Positions 38,622 to 50,900 of a stretch of 64,000 bases of DNA are shown here, piece by piece (the stretch's first letter is position 1; each line of letters opens with the position of its first letter). The stretch is taken from assembly GCA_951406725.2 (NCBI GenBank), contig OX597814.1, positions 204,972,001 to 205,036,000 of the forward strand, written 5' to 3'. The position numbers and the translations under genes were made by a program. The notes below the pieces were generated by a model. That model made no database searches, was not told where the DNA came from, and saw only the letters and a list, made by a program, of their open reading frames with translations. Source of the DNA: Octopus vulgaris (Eukaryota).

Positions 38622-41569
38622 ACATCAGAGGACTGCAAACACTCAGTAACAGGACAAAGATCCCGTTCCTGAGAGACTTTGTTGCATGCAATCAAGCCTT
38701 ATGCATAGCACTTACAGAAACGCACCTGAAACCGGACATAGCAGATGCGGAGTTACACATACCACAGTATGCTGTACTACGGACCGACAGGAAAGAAAGG
38801 AGTCATGGAGGTGTTGCTATGTACATCCGTGAGGACCTCACACCCCAGGTCCTCTTGTCATACTCAAACTCGGTGTGTGACACACTAATTGTACATATTA
38901 GGCAACTTGATGTAGTTGTGTGTGCTACATATCGCCCTCCAGATGCCCCAAGCCATGTGGGCAAGTTCGAAGACTGCCTTATAAAAATAGAAGAAATTCT
39001 AACCACATTAGAACAACACATAGGTGTGCTTCTTATGGGAGACTTCAATCTGCCCAATGTCAGATGGCCCGAGGGCCTTTCTCTCCCAGGAATGACAAGA
39101 TGTGAATGAGGACAGGCGAGGTCCCTCCTGAACCTCATCAACACCCTGTACATGGAGCAGGTAATACTCCAACCAACCAGGGCAGGTAACACACTGGATC
39201 TCTGCTTCACAAATGACATGGATCTCATCCATAATGTGAAAGTGACACCGACACTACTCTCGGATCACAACATGATAGAGCTGACCATGTACGGGCCAAA
39301 AGAGAGCACGGACATGCAGCCTACAAGAAACCATCAAAATCTTTCCAGCTTGAACTACCATAAGGCAAACTGGAAACAAATTGAGAAAGAGATCCTCAAA
39401 CAAAACTGGCCTGAATGTCTCTCCTCGCCAGACATCGACGTGAAACTTCAACAATTCATGTCTGTAATGCAAGCCATATGCTACAAATGTGTCCCAGAGA
39501 GAAAGGCCACTGTACACAAGTACAAAATCCCCAGAGAGAGGAAAATTTTAATGAGACGGCGTACGAAATTTTCAAATCGCCTAAACAAACAGATTGAAAG
39601 CAGTGAAAAGTCCCGCCTAAAAATAAAACTGTTGGAAATCGAAAAATGTCTGCAACTCTCCCATGAAAAAGAAAGAGCAGACAAAGAAGCCTGGGCTATA
39701 GAAAACATAAAATCTAACCCCAGAGCTTTCTACAGGTATGCCAGAGAAACAGCTACAGTGCACTGTAGAATAGGGCCACTCCTTGAAAAGGATGGCACAC
39801 TTACAGGAAAACCAATGAGGGTAAGTGAAATACTGAATGAGCAATTCAAGAGTGTTTTCACTCCACCCCTTGGGCATCTCCAAATCACCAATCCAACTGA
39901 CTTTTTTACCACTGCAGATATAAAATCAGAGGCGGCGACGATAGATTACATCGATATAAAGGAAGACGATGTAACCAAGGCTATAGATGAAATGAAAACA
40001 GACTCAGCTACTGGCCCCGATGGATTCCCGGCAATCCTCCTAAAAGCATGTAAGAGAGTCCTTGCAAGACCACTGCAGTTCCTCTTTCAGAGCTTCCTTG
40101 CAGCTGGCAAACTTCCAGGAAAACTGAAGGAAGGTAAAATATGCCCCATTCATAAAGGAGGTAGCAGAGCGGAAGCCAAGAACTATAGACCTATCTCTCT
40201 GACCTCACACATCAGCAAGGTCATGGAACGAATAGTCAGAAGGAAGCTGATCACCTTCCTTGAAGAGAATGACTTGCTGCCCGACACCCAACATGGTTTC
40301 CGACCAGGGAGAAGCTGTTTAACTCAGCTCCTACAACACTATGACTGGGTGCTGAAACGGCTGCTCAACCACTCAAATGTGGAAGTGATATATCTCGACT
40401 TTGCAAAGGCCTTTGATAAAGTCGATCATGGAATGATATGTCACAAACTGCGTGATCTCAACATAGTTGGAAAACTGGGAGAATGGCTTCATGACTTTCT
40501 GAAGGATAGAAGTCAGGTGGTAGTAGCCAATGGGGCCACCTCCATTAACACACAAATAGTGAGCGGTGTTCCGCAGGGCACTGTTCTGGGACCACTACTG
40601 TTCATAATGGCCCTCTCAGACATGCCCTCAGCCACGCAGAGAGCCACGATCACAAGTTATGCAGATGATACAAAAGTCTCACAGGCAATACAGAACCCTG
40701 AGGACACTAAACACCTGCAATGTGAGCTGGACGAAATATACAAGTGGGCTGAAAAGAATAGCATGCAGTTCAATGCTGGAAAGTTTCAAGCTTTATACTA
40801 TCAGCATGCAAAACTGAATGCAATACCCAATGAATACACTGGACCCGGAGGGATTGCAATCCCAGAGGCACAATCAGTGCGTGACCTGGGTATTCACATG
40901 AGTGATGACGTGACCTTTCATGTACATGTTGCTAAACTGACAATGAAATGTAGACGGCTGGCTGGATGGATTCTTAGAACCTTTAGAACAAGAGAACAAG
41001 AAACCATGATGGTCCTCTGGAAGACACTTGTCCTAAGCCACTTTGACTATTGCTCTCAGCTATGGTCACCATCCAGTGTCAAGTTGATCACAGAACTTGA
41101 GGCGATCCAACGAAGCTACACAAAGAAGATAGCCTCTATGCAGAATGTAAGCTACTGGGAAAGACTCAAGAGATTAAAATTATATTCCCTGGAGCGTAGG
41201 CGGGAAAGATATGCCATAATATACATCTGGAAGATCCTGGAGGGAAGTGTCCTGAACTTTGGCATCGAGAGTTACGCAAATGCCAGAACTGGGCGCCACT
41301 GCGTGGTGCCTAGGACTCCAAACCTGCCATCAAGATGTAGGACAAGATTCTGTGATAGCCTGGGCTTCCGAGGCCCACAGCTCTTCAATATCCTCCCGAT
41401 GAACCTGAGAGACCTGCATGGGGTGGATACAGATGTCTTTAAAATGAAGCTGGATCTCTTCCTGTCAGGTGTCCCAGATGAACCAACTTCACGGCAGGAG
41501 GGGCAGATGAGGGCAGCTGCATCGAACTCTCTCATGCACCAAATAGCAGTTGCTAGAAAGCCTCCATGA
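38573..41569 (+). pseudogene. LINE ORF2 (APE endonuclease + reverse transcriptase, about 998 aa) with one in-frame TGA at 39107-39109
   Basis: LNIRGL, LTETHL, GGVAMY, YRPP, MGDFN, LDLCFT, SDH (APE); YRPISL, QHGFR, DFAKAFD, GVPQG, YADD (RT); the two ORF-track pieces are in the same frame. Confidence 0.92.
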
Positions 41570-42050
41570 AGTGAAACCAAGTAGCAACACCAAATGGCGG
41601 TGCCCCAGCATGGCCACAGCTCATAAGCTGAAACTAGAATCAATCAATCAATCATATGTATATTTATGTGTTTGTGTTTGTCCCCCACTGTCACTTGACA
41701 ACCATTGTTGGTTTGTTTATGTCCCTGTAACTTAGTGATTTGGCAAAAGAAACAGATAGAATAAGTATCAGTCTTAAAAATAAAATAAGTGGTGGGGGTC
41801 AATTCATTTGAATAAAATTTCTTCAAGGCAGTGCTCCAGCATGGCCGCAGTCTAATGACTTGAAACAAGTAAAAGATAAAAGCTAAAGAGACCTCTCAAC
41901 ATCTGTTCCCAAATAAATACACAGTTGAGACGGGGGTGGAGATGCCTTTTCTTTCCTTTGTCTTGAAAGTCTTGCACTACTGTCAGTGTCATGAAAAAAG
42001 CATCCGGTACATTCTATGAAGTGGTTGGCATTAGGAAAGGTATATTCAGC

Positions 42051-42567
42051 TGTAGCGTGTAGCCATTTTCAAATAGTAGCACCAATTTGTGGTAGCTGGC
42101 AATATGACGTAATGTCGTATTGCCGAAGAAATATGTTTGTCGTTTTTCCATTGGTTAATATAACAGCTCATATAGGAATTCTAAGAATATTTGTATGTGA
42201 TTTCGATTCTTTAAAGTCAAGTCGAGCAGTTATAAGAACCCTGGATTTTGGGAAAAACTTCAGTGTTTGTTGGATTTTCCTTGGACACAGCATAAAAAAT
42301 AGCCAATGTCTCAAAGGAGTGAGTGTCGTGGAGTTTAGTTACATCCAGCCAACACTGAAGTTTTTCCCAAAATCCAGGGTTTTTATAACTGCTCAACTTG
42401 ACTTTAAAGAATCGAAATCACATACAAATATTCTTAGAATTCCTATATGAGCAGTTATATTAACCAATGGAAAAACGACAATCATATTTCTTCGGCAATA
42501 TGACATTACGTCATATTGCCAGCTACCACAAATTGGCGCTACTATTTGAAAATGGCTACACGCTACA
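42051..42567. mobile_element. fold-back MITE with 225-bp TIRs, TGT...ACA ends, 4-bp TSD (Ginger-like)
   Basis: Arms 42051-42275 and 42343-42567; CAGC duplicated at 42047-42050 and 42568-42571; interrupts an RTE 3' UTR copy. Confidence 0.85.
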
Positions 42568-43508
42568 CAGCCATAAGGAACCATATAAATACAAATATTG
42601 GAGTTTGATGAAATCGTCTGGCTCATTGGATATTGTCAAACTGTCCAAGCCATGCCAGCACGGAATGCCGATATTAAATGATGGTGATGAGGATGGTGAC
42701 TCTTTCAAAATGATACAGCACTTAGGAACTACGGTTCTGGGTAAAGAAATTTCTAGAGAATTTAGATCTCGTTCAAATGTAAGTCAAAGACAAATTTTTG
42801 TGAACAAGTTTTAATTTTAGAATGATTCAGAGGCTTTCTGAAATTTGGTAAATATGGTTTTGGGAAGGATGTTCAAGAAAACAATCACTACCACCACCAC
42901 CATCGCCATCATTTTACATCCATGTTGGCATGGGTTGGGTGGTTCAACAAGATCCAAAGAGTCCAAAGACTGCATCACTCTCCAGAGTCTACTTTGGTAT
43001 GGTGTCTGCCGCTGAATGCCTTTCTTAACACCAACCACTTTACAAAGTGCCCCAGGAGCTTTTTACATGCCACCAGCACAAGTGAGATTGCCATAATGTT
43101 TGCAAAACTATGAATTCTTAAGAGGCAGTTTTATGCTAGGAAATAAGGGTAAACATATGAGGGAAGAGGACCCTGAAGTAGATGTGCTGCATGAAGGGAA
43201 AGGGTGTGAATTGACCGGGGTGGAGCTGGAGAGAGATGTCTCTAAATAATATTGCATGATGCTAACATTTGATGCTGTTGCGGTGGCAGAATCATTAGCA
43301 TGCCAGGCAAAATGTCTGTCTCTACATTCTAAGTTTGAATTCAGTCGAGGTCAACTTTGCCCTTCATCCATTCAGGGTCGATAAAATAAGCACCCAATGA
43401 ACCCCGAGGTCAAAGTAATTGACTTAACCTCTTCCCCAAAATTGCTGGCAGTGTGCCAAAATCTGAAACCAAATATTGATGTTGTTCGTGTTGTTATTGT
43501 TGTTGCAG

Positions 43509-43811
43509 TATCCTTACATGCCTATCAATGGCTAGTCTGCAAGTTGCTGGTGGAGTGCAATGACAAGATCAGAATGGAGTCTGAACATCAGAGCTGCATG
43601 TTTGATGCCATAAATAACAGCCAAGTGTACCATTGTCGCAGCCTGTCACTGGCCTACATAGAACTGACTGTAATGAAAGTGTTTTATGAATTTCTAATGA
43701 GACAGCAACAAGAATCACCCAATAGTCAAGAATTGATCCACGTCCTGACGAAATTAGTCAGCCTTTATGGTTTATGGAGCATTGACAAACACATGGCAGC
43801 ATTATACCAAG
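43509..43811 (+). CDS. ACOX3: ACOX3 coding exon (SLHAYQWLVCKLL...LYGLWSIDKHMAALYQ)
   Basis: ttgcag| acceptor, |gtaagt donor, 303 nt, phase 1/1. Confidence 0.93.
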
Positions 43812-44081
43812 GTAAGTGGTCACCAGATTTATTACCTCCCTTCTAGTTTTCCTATTTTATACATATATACATTACTCTCTATCTATCTATCTATCTATCT
43901 ATCTATATATATATATATGTAAAAGTAAAAAAATATACAAACTGGGACAAGAACGTGAAACATTTAGAAGACGACAAAAAACACGGACGGGACAGTCGAA
44001 GCCCTCAATCATCAGTCAAGAACCGGATCATCTTCGCAATTTCGGCTGATTAATCTTGAATATATATATATATATATATAT

Positions 44082-44385
44082 AGGCGCAATGGCCCAGTGG
44101 TTAGGGCAGCGGACTCGTGGTCGTAGGATCGTGGTTTCGATTCCCAGACCGGGCGTTGTGAGTGTTTATTGAGCGAAAACACCTAAAAGCTCCACAAGGC
44201 TCCGGCAGGGGGTGGTGATCCCTGCTGTACTCTTTCACCACTCTTTCTCCCACTCTTTCTTCTGTTGGCCTGTTTGCTTAGCCAGCGGGGTGGCGTCATT
44301 TGAAGGCTAAAACAATGCGAACGCATTGTGACCAGCGATGTGTAACTACTTCTGATAGACTGGTCGGTCACATGATCACGTGATA
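44082..44385 (+). mobile_element. tRNA-derived SINE (family C, tail type 2) inserted in (TA)n
   Basis: A-box tggcccagtggttag, B-box-like ggtttcgattccc; flanked by TA repeats. Confidence 0.8.
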
Positions 44386-46294
44386 TATATATATATATAT
44401 ATAAAGCTGTGTGTTATTTTGTTAAGGTTACTTCTACAGAAATGAGGCATTAGGTACATCTTATGGAGTTTCTACCTATGCCTTTTCTACAGATCGAGCA
44501 GGGCCATCTATCTGAAGGGATTTGTGATTTATCTGCCTTCCTACTTACTAAGACTTTAGTTTTTGCTAACTCTAAGGCTCTTCGATTCTAGACCTTGCTT
44601 CTTAACCGGGAACTTCTCTAGTTCTGATAGTGATTTAGCAGTAAGAGCAAGGTCATAAGCATAGAGGAGCTCCCAGGGGCAGCCTGTCTTGAATTCTTTT
44701 GTTATTGCCTGGGCGACTATGATGAACAAGAGGGGGCTGAGCACTAATCCTTGGTGAACCCTTACTTGTACCCTGAATTCTTTGATGTACACATTGCCAA
44801 CCCTCACCTTATCAATGATAATTTCTTTATATATTTTAATATATAGATATATATACACATGTATATGTATGCATGTGTGTATATATATATATATATATAT
44901 ACACATATATATGTATATATACATAGATGTATGTATAAGTGATCAAAATTTAAAAAATTCATCATCATCATCATCATCATTTAGCGTCCGCTTTCCATGC
45001 TAGCATGGGTTGGACGGTTCAACTGGGGTCTGTGAAGCCAGAAGGCTGCATCAGGCCCAGTCTGATCTGGCAGTGTTTCTACGGCTGGATGCCCTTCCTA
45101 ACGCCAACCACTCCGTGAGTGTAGTGGGTGCTTTTTACGTGCCACCCGCTCAGGTGCCAGACGGAGCTGACAAACGGCCACAGACGGATGGTGCTTTTTA
45201 CGTGCCACCGGCACGGGGGCCAGGCGAGGCTGGCAATGGCCACGATCGGATGGTGCTTTTTACGTGCCAAAATTTTAAAAATTAGAGGATAAAAATTGGA
45301 AGATTAAAATATTGAAACATATTTTAAATTTAAAGATTAGAAATTAAACAATTGAACAATTAAAAATAAATTTGAATTGAATTAAAAATTTTTAAGAAAT
45401 AAATAATTTTTTAAAATTTGAAATGTAAGAATTCAATCATTTTTACTGTCGATGTCAGTGCTGGCTGACTGGTCCCATGCCGATGACATGTAAAAAGCAC
45501 CATTCAAGAGTGGCCGATGCCAGTACCTCCTGACTGGCTCTTGTGCCAGTGGCACGTAAAAAACACCCATTACACACTCGTAGTGGTTGGCATTAGGAAG
45601 GGCATCCAGCTGTAGAAACATTGCCAGATTGGATTGAAGACTGATGCAGCCTTCAGGCTCACCAGCCCTCAGTCAAACCATCCAACCCATGTCAGCATGG
45701 AACGCAAACATTAAACGACGATAAATATAATACATACATACAAATGTATGTATGTATGCATGCACATATGCATGTATTGGCGCAACAAGATACACACCAA
45801 CCCATCAGGAGCAAAGAATGGCTGAAATTGTGCTCTTGGGGAGAGAAGGCAAAATCCTTAATTCATATGCTCCAAATATCACATCATCATCATCATCGTT
45901 TAATGTCTGCCTTCCATGCTAGCATGGGTTGGATGATTTTGACTGAGGGCTGGCAAACCAGACGACTGCACCAGGCTCAAAATTTACTCTAAAAAGAGAA
46001 AACAGACAGGCATGGATGAAAGCATACATATACTCATGCATCCACGTCAGAAAGGAGGAACCTAATTAGAAGATTACAGATACAAATTATTAATGAAACT
46101 GTCAAAATTTGTAAACTTTCCTAAAGTTTAGTGTATGTGCAACTATATGTGTGTGAATACATGCAATAAATAAAACATGAAAATCTGCAAACGCTAACTC
46201 AAGTATTGCACATATACCTTGGATCTAGATTAGAAACTGGCTCTTTCTTTATTAGCAAGAAATCTAGAAATAAAACTGAATAACACACACACAC

Positions 46295-46543
46295 ATCCAT
46301 TACAGCTAATCTTACTAGTCAGTTTTGCACTGGATATTAGATAACCAGATAACAGCATGGTTAAGTAATACTGCATGCTCTTCAGAGAAGACAGCTATGA
46401 TCAAAATATATATGAGCATATTTATTTTTTTCCGGTATATGCCATCTCTGAAGAGCGTGTGGTATCACTTAACTATACTGGTATATAACATTCAGTTTTA
46501 ATGCTCAATGCAAAACCAATTAGTAAGATCAGCTGTCATGGAT
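46295..46543. ncRNA. inverted pair of decayed hammerhead ribozyme motifs
   Basis: + arm: atct-CTGAAGA-gcgt...atgc-AAAA-ccaattag-TA-agat. - arm: tct-CTGAAGA-gcat...gtgc-AAAA-ctgactag-TA-aga. GAAA is changed to AAAA in both. Confidence 0.55.
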
Positions 46544-46751
46544 CTATAATACTGCATACTTTGATTAATGTATCCACTCTAATGGTTAATATATGAATGC
46601 ATCTTTTTTCTAACTCATGGATTCTTAGAGAACTAATGTGTGTGTGTGTGTGTGTGTGTGTGGTATATCATAATACTTACTTTTGTCATAAGAATCTGTC
46701 TTGTCTTTATTGTTTTTGTATTGACATTTCTTGTCTTTTACTGATCTTCAG

Positions 46752-46906
46752 GAGGTTATTGTAGTGGAGAACTCCCAGTCAAGTGGATCCATTGTGCCAT
46801 CTTGGAATTGTGTGCGGAACTGAAGGATGAAGCAGTGGCTCTTGTTGATGCTGTGGCCCCCACTGATTTCATTTTGAACTCTCCTATTGGACATTCAAAC
46901 GGAGAG
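46752..46906 (+). CDS. ACOX3: ACOX3 coding exon (GYCSGELPVKW...LKDEAVALVDAVAPTDFILNSPIGHSNGE)
   Basis: cttcag| acceptor, |gtaaga donor, 155 nt, phase 1/0. Confidence 0.94.
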
Positions 46907-47139
46907 GTAAGAACAGAAGTCTATAATTATGTTTTTTATGTTTAACTTCTTTCAGTCATTGGGTTGTGGCCATGCTGGAGCAGTGTCTTGAAGGGCATTA
47001 TTGGAACAAATTGGTCCTAGTACTTATCTCTTTAAGTCTGGTGCTCATTCTGTTTGCTTCTTGTGTCAAATCTACTAAGCTACAGGGACATAAACAAACC
47101 AACACCGGTTATGAAGCAGTGAATAGGTGAGGCATAAAG

Positions 47140-47177
<38 letters not shown>

Positions 47178-47586
47178 GTAAACACACACAAATTCCCACA
47201 TATTTTCTGTCTACCATATTCCCTCATAACCACTTTCTCACGGTGCCACGCAGTGGGACTGAACCTGAAACCATGTGACTGCAAAGCAAGCCTCTTAGCT
47301 ACCCAACCAGGCCTGTACCTTGTTATGATATGTTATACATGTGTTAATATTATTTCACTGATATTTCACATATCACAGCCTGATTAGTTTGGTTAACAGA
47401 CACAGTGTAGCCTTAGTTTTGTTTACATCATATAAAGAGAGGCAGTCCCTCTGCATGGCATCTTGGGCAAGTGTTTTCTACTATAACTTTGAGTCAACCA
47501 AAGCTCTGTGGATGGATTTGGGAGACAGAAACTGAAAAAAGCCTGTTGCATATATAATAACAAAATAATAATTAATACATATGCAT

Positions 47587-50132
47587 ATCATCATCATCAT
47601 CGTTTAACGTCCGTTCTCCATGTTAGCATGGGTTGGACGGTTCGACTGGGGATCTGGGAAGCCAGAAGGCTGCACTAGGCAGGCTCCGGTCTTATCTGGC
47701 AACGTTTCTACAGCTGGATGCCCTTCCTAACGCCAACCACTCCGTGAGTGTAGTGGGTGCTTTTTACGTGCCACCTGCACTGGTGCCAGGCGAGGCTGGC
47801 ATCGGCCACGGTCGGATTGGTGCATTTTATGGAAGCCAGTCGAGGCGGCACTGGCTTCGGCTACGATTTGGATGGTGCTTTTTCGTGCCATCGACACGGA
47901 AGCCAGTCGAGGCGGCGCTGGCATCGGCCATAATTCGGATAGTGCTTTCTACGAACCTCCAGTCCCAGGGCCCTGGCATCTGCCGGGTGCTAGTCATAGG
48001 ATTGGTTCAATTTCGATTTCACTTGCCCCAACAGGTCTTCGCAAGCAAGGGGGGTTGCCATAGGTGCCTGTCGTCGGATGAGGTTTGATATCGACTTCGC
48101 TTGCCTCAACAGGTCTTTGTGTGTCCAATGGGGGAAAGGCATGCATAAGTGGGCTGGACTCACTTGTCCTGCCTGGTCTTCTCACGCACAGCATATTTCC
48201 AAAGGTCTCGGTCGCCGGTCATTTCCTCAGTGAGACCCAAGGTTCGAAGGTCGTGCTTCACCACCTCATCCCAGGTTTTCCTGGGTCTACCTCTTCCACG
48301 GGTTCCCTCAACTGCTAGGGATTGGCACTTTTTCACACACCTATCTTCATCCATTCTCGCCACATGACCATACCAGCTCAATCGTCTCTCTTGCACACCA
48401 CAACTGATGCTTCTTAGGTCCAACATTTCTCTCAGGGTACTAACGCTCTGTCGAGTATGCACGCTGACATTACACATCCATCGGAGCATACTGGCTTCAT
48501 TCCTCACGAGCTTACGCATGTCCTCAGCAGTCACGGCCCATGTTTCACTGCCATGTAGCATGGCTGTTCGTACACATGCATCATACAGTCTGCCTTTTAC
48601 TCTGAGTGAGAGGCCTTTAGTCACCAGCAGAGGTAAGAGCTCCCTAAACTTTGCCCAGGCTATTCTTACTCTAACAGTTACACTTACAATGCACCCACCC
48701 CCACTACTGACTTGGTCACCTAGATAATGGAAGCTATCAACTACTTCTAGTTTTTCCCCCTGGAAAGTGACGGAAGTTTTTTTCTGCAGATTTTCAGAGA
48801 TTATTGCTCCTGAGCATCTGCCACATACAAAAACTATCTTTCCAGTTAGCCTTCCTTTGACATTGCTGCACCTCTTATGTGTCCATAGCTTACACTGGGT
48901 GCATCTTATAGAGTTTCTACCTACACCTTTTCTACAGATCGAGCAGGGCCATCTTCCTGAAGACATTTGTGGATTGTCTACCTTCCTACTTATTAGTACT
49001 TTGGTTTTAGCTAGGTTGACTCTAAGGCCCCTCGATTCTAAACCCTCCTTCCACACCTGGAACTTCTCCTCCAGTTCTGACAGTGACTCAGCAATTAGAG
49101 CAAGGTTGTCAGCATATAGGAGCTCCCAGGGGCAACCTGTCTTGAATTCCTCCGTAATTGCCTGGAGGACTATGATAAATAGGAGGGGGCTGAGTACTGA
49201 ACCCTGGTGGACCCCAACCTCTACTTTGAATTCTTCTGTGTACATGTTGCCAACCCTTACCTTACTTACGGCATCCCTGTACATGGCTTGCACAGCCCTC
49301 ACCAGCCATTCATCTATCCCTAGTTTCCTCATTGACCACCAGATAAGGGATCGGGGGACCCTGTCGAAGGCTTTCTCCATGTCAACGAAAGCCAGGTACA
49401 GGGGCTTATCTTTGGCTAGGTATTTCTCCTGCAGCTGTCTCACCAGAAATATGGCATCAGTGGTGCTTTTCCCTGGCATGAAACCAAACTGCATCTCGTC
49501 CAAATTGACTCTCTCCCTAATCAGTTGGGCTATGACCCTCTCTGTAACCTTCATTACCTGATCCAACAGCTTGATACCTCTGTAATTATTTGTATCTAGG
49601 GCGTCTCCCTTACCTTTGTAGCAGTTGACTAGTATGCTGCTACACCAGTCATTGGGTATGACTCCTTCGTGTATCACCTGGTTAACTATACGGGTGACTA
49701 GGTTATAGCCGACACTGCCAGATATTTTGAGCATCTCTGCAGTAATTCCTGATGGGCCTGGGGCTTTCCCTGTCTTCATGCTTCTAATTGCTTTAACTAC
49801 CAAAGAATTGTCAACTCGGATGGCTGGTCCCTCTGTTGGGTTGACATTCGGCAGACTCTCTTTATCCCATTCATTTTCTTTATTCAGCAACCTTTCATAG
49901 TGGCATCTCCAAACCTCTCTCTTTGCATCCTCATTTAGCGCAAATGAACCATCATCCATGCGGACACATTTCTCTCCTACCACATCACGATTCTCTCTCA
50001 CACACTGTCTTGCAACACGAAATACCTCAAGTCTTTCATCCTCATGGCACAGAACATTGGCAAATTTTTTCTTATCCGCTTCCCCTCTGGCTAAATAAAC
50101 CTGTCTCCTAGCTTCCCTTCTGGCTGTCTGAT
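47587..50132 (-). mobile_element. 5'-truncated RTE-clade LINE (RT with embedded PHD finger, 3' UTR, (GAT)n tail)
   Basis: Open frame with KGKGD, YRGIKLL, QFGF, FVDMEKAFDRV, GVHQGSVLSP, YADN, RGRGRPRKTW; 3' UTR leads into ...acgttaaacgatgatgatg. Confidence 0.93.
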
Positions 50133-50544
50133 GTACATACCTACATCTATATGTATGTATACATGCATATATGGGTACAGGACACCAAAAAAACGTAGAA
50201 CACAACAAGAAACGAAAACATAAATGGAGTAATTACTATGAAATATTGTGTAGAATATATTGTATAAAGGGTCGTGGGTAAGGCCAAAACAATGGAAAGT
50301 AAATGCAAGGTAAATCACAAGAAAACAAATATGTAAATTAATGTAGACTTACTTTGTATTCAATATTGCGTGTGTGTGAGCTCACACACACACATATATC
50401 AGCAACATTCATTTAGTTTCTTGAAAACAAGGTCATAACCCCAAAATATTGAATACAAGGTAAGTCTACATTAATTCCCGTGTTTGTTTTCTTGTGATTT
50501 ATCTTGCATTTACTACACATTGTGTTGGCCTTACACTGATCCTT

Positions 50545-50598
<54 letters not shown>

Positions 50599-50776
50599 CA
50601 AAAAGAAAATGGAGAAACAATTTAGTTGGTTTATCAGCTTTACGATATTAGAATGTTGACTTATTTATTTATTTAACAAAATGAGAACCATAATAACATA
50701 CATTGAAATTCAATACATGTAAGATAAGAATACAATTATAAAAACCTTAATATAAATTATTGGAATCATTAAAATC

Positions 50777-50900
50777 AGTCTTACAGCTGTTTCAGCCTTT
50801 GGAAAAAGTAATTTGTTGTGCTCATACAAGTCAATTTATTGAGGTTGTAGGCAGTTAAAAATGAGGTACTTATATATTTCCATAGGCCTCGTCAGAGATT
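50777..50900 (-). ncRNA. type I hammerhead ribozyme motif with long stem II
   Basis: Minus strand reads tct-CTGACGA-ggcctatggaaa...tttccaaaggct-GAAA-cagctg-TA-aga; all core nucleotides intact. Confidence 0.75.

Larger units (their letters stand above)
36123..41653 (+). mobile_element. near-full-length CR1/L2-group LINE (5' region with repeat array, ORF1, APE-RT ORF2, (CAAT)n tail)
   Basis: ORF1 37816-38621, ORF2 38573-41569, tail aatcaatcaatcaatc; sits in the TA tract of a split family A SINE; 5' boundary is inferred. Confidence 0.85.

Noticed and set aside
43920-44060. CTGATGA and GAAA on - strand
   Set aside because: Order and pairing do not fit a hammerhead; truncated repeat fragment
44082-44155. 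tRNA gene
   Set aside because: The tRNA-like head runs into a SINE body found in several copies; no clean cloverleaf
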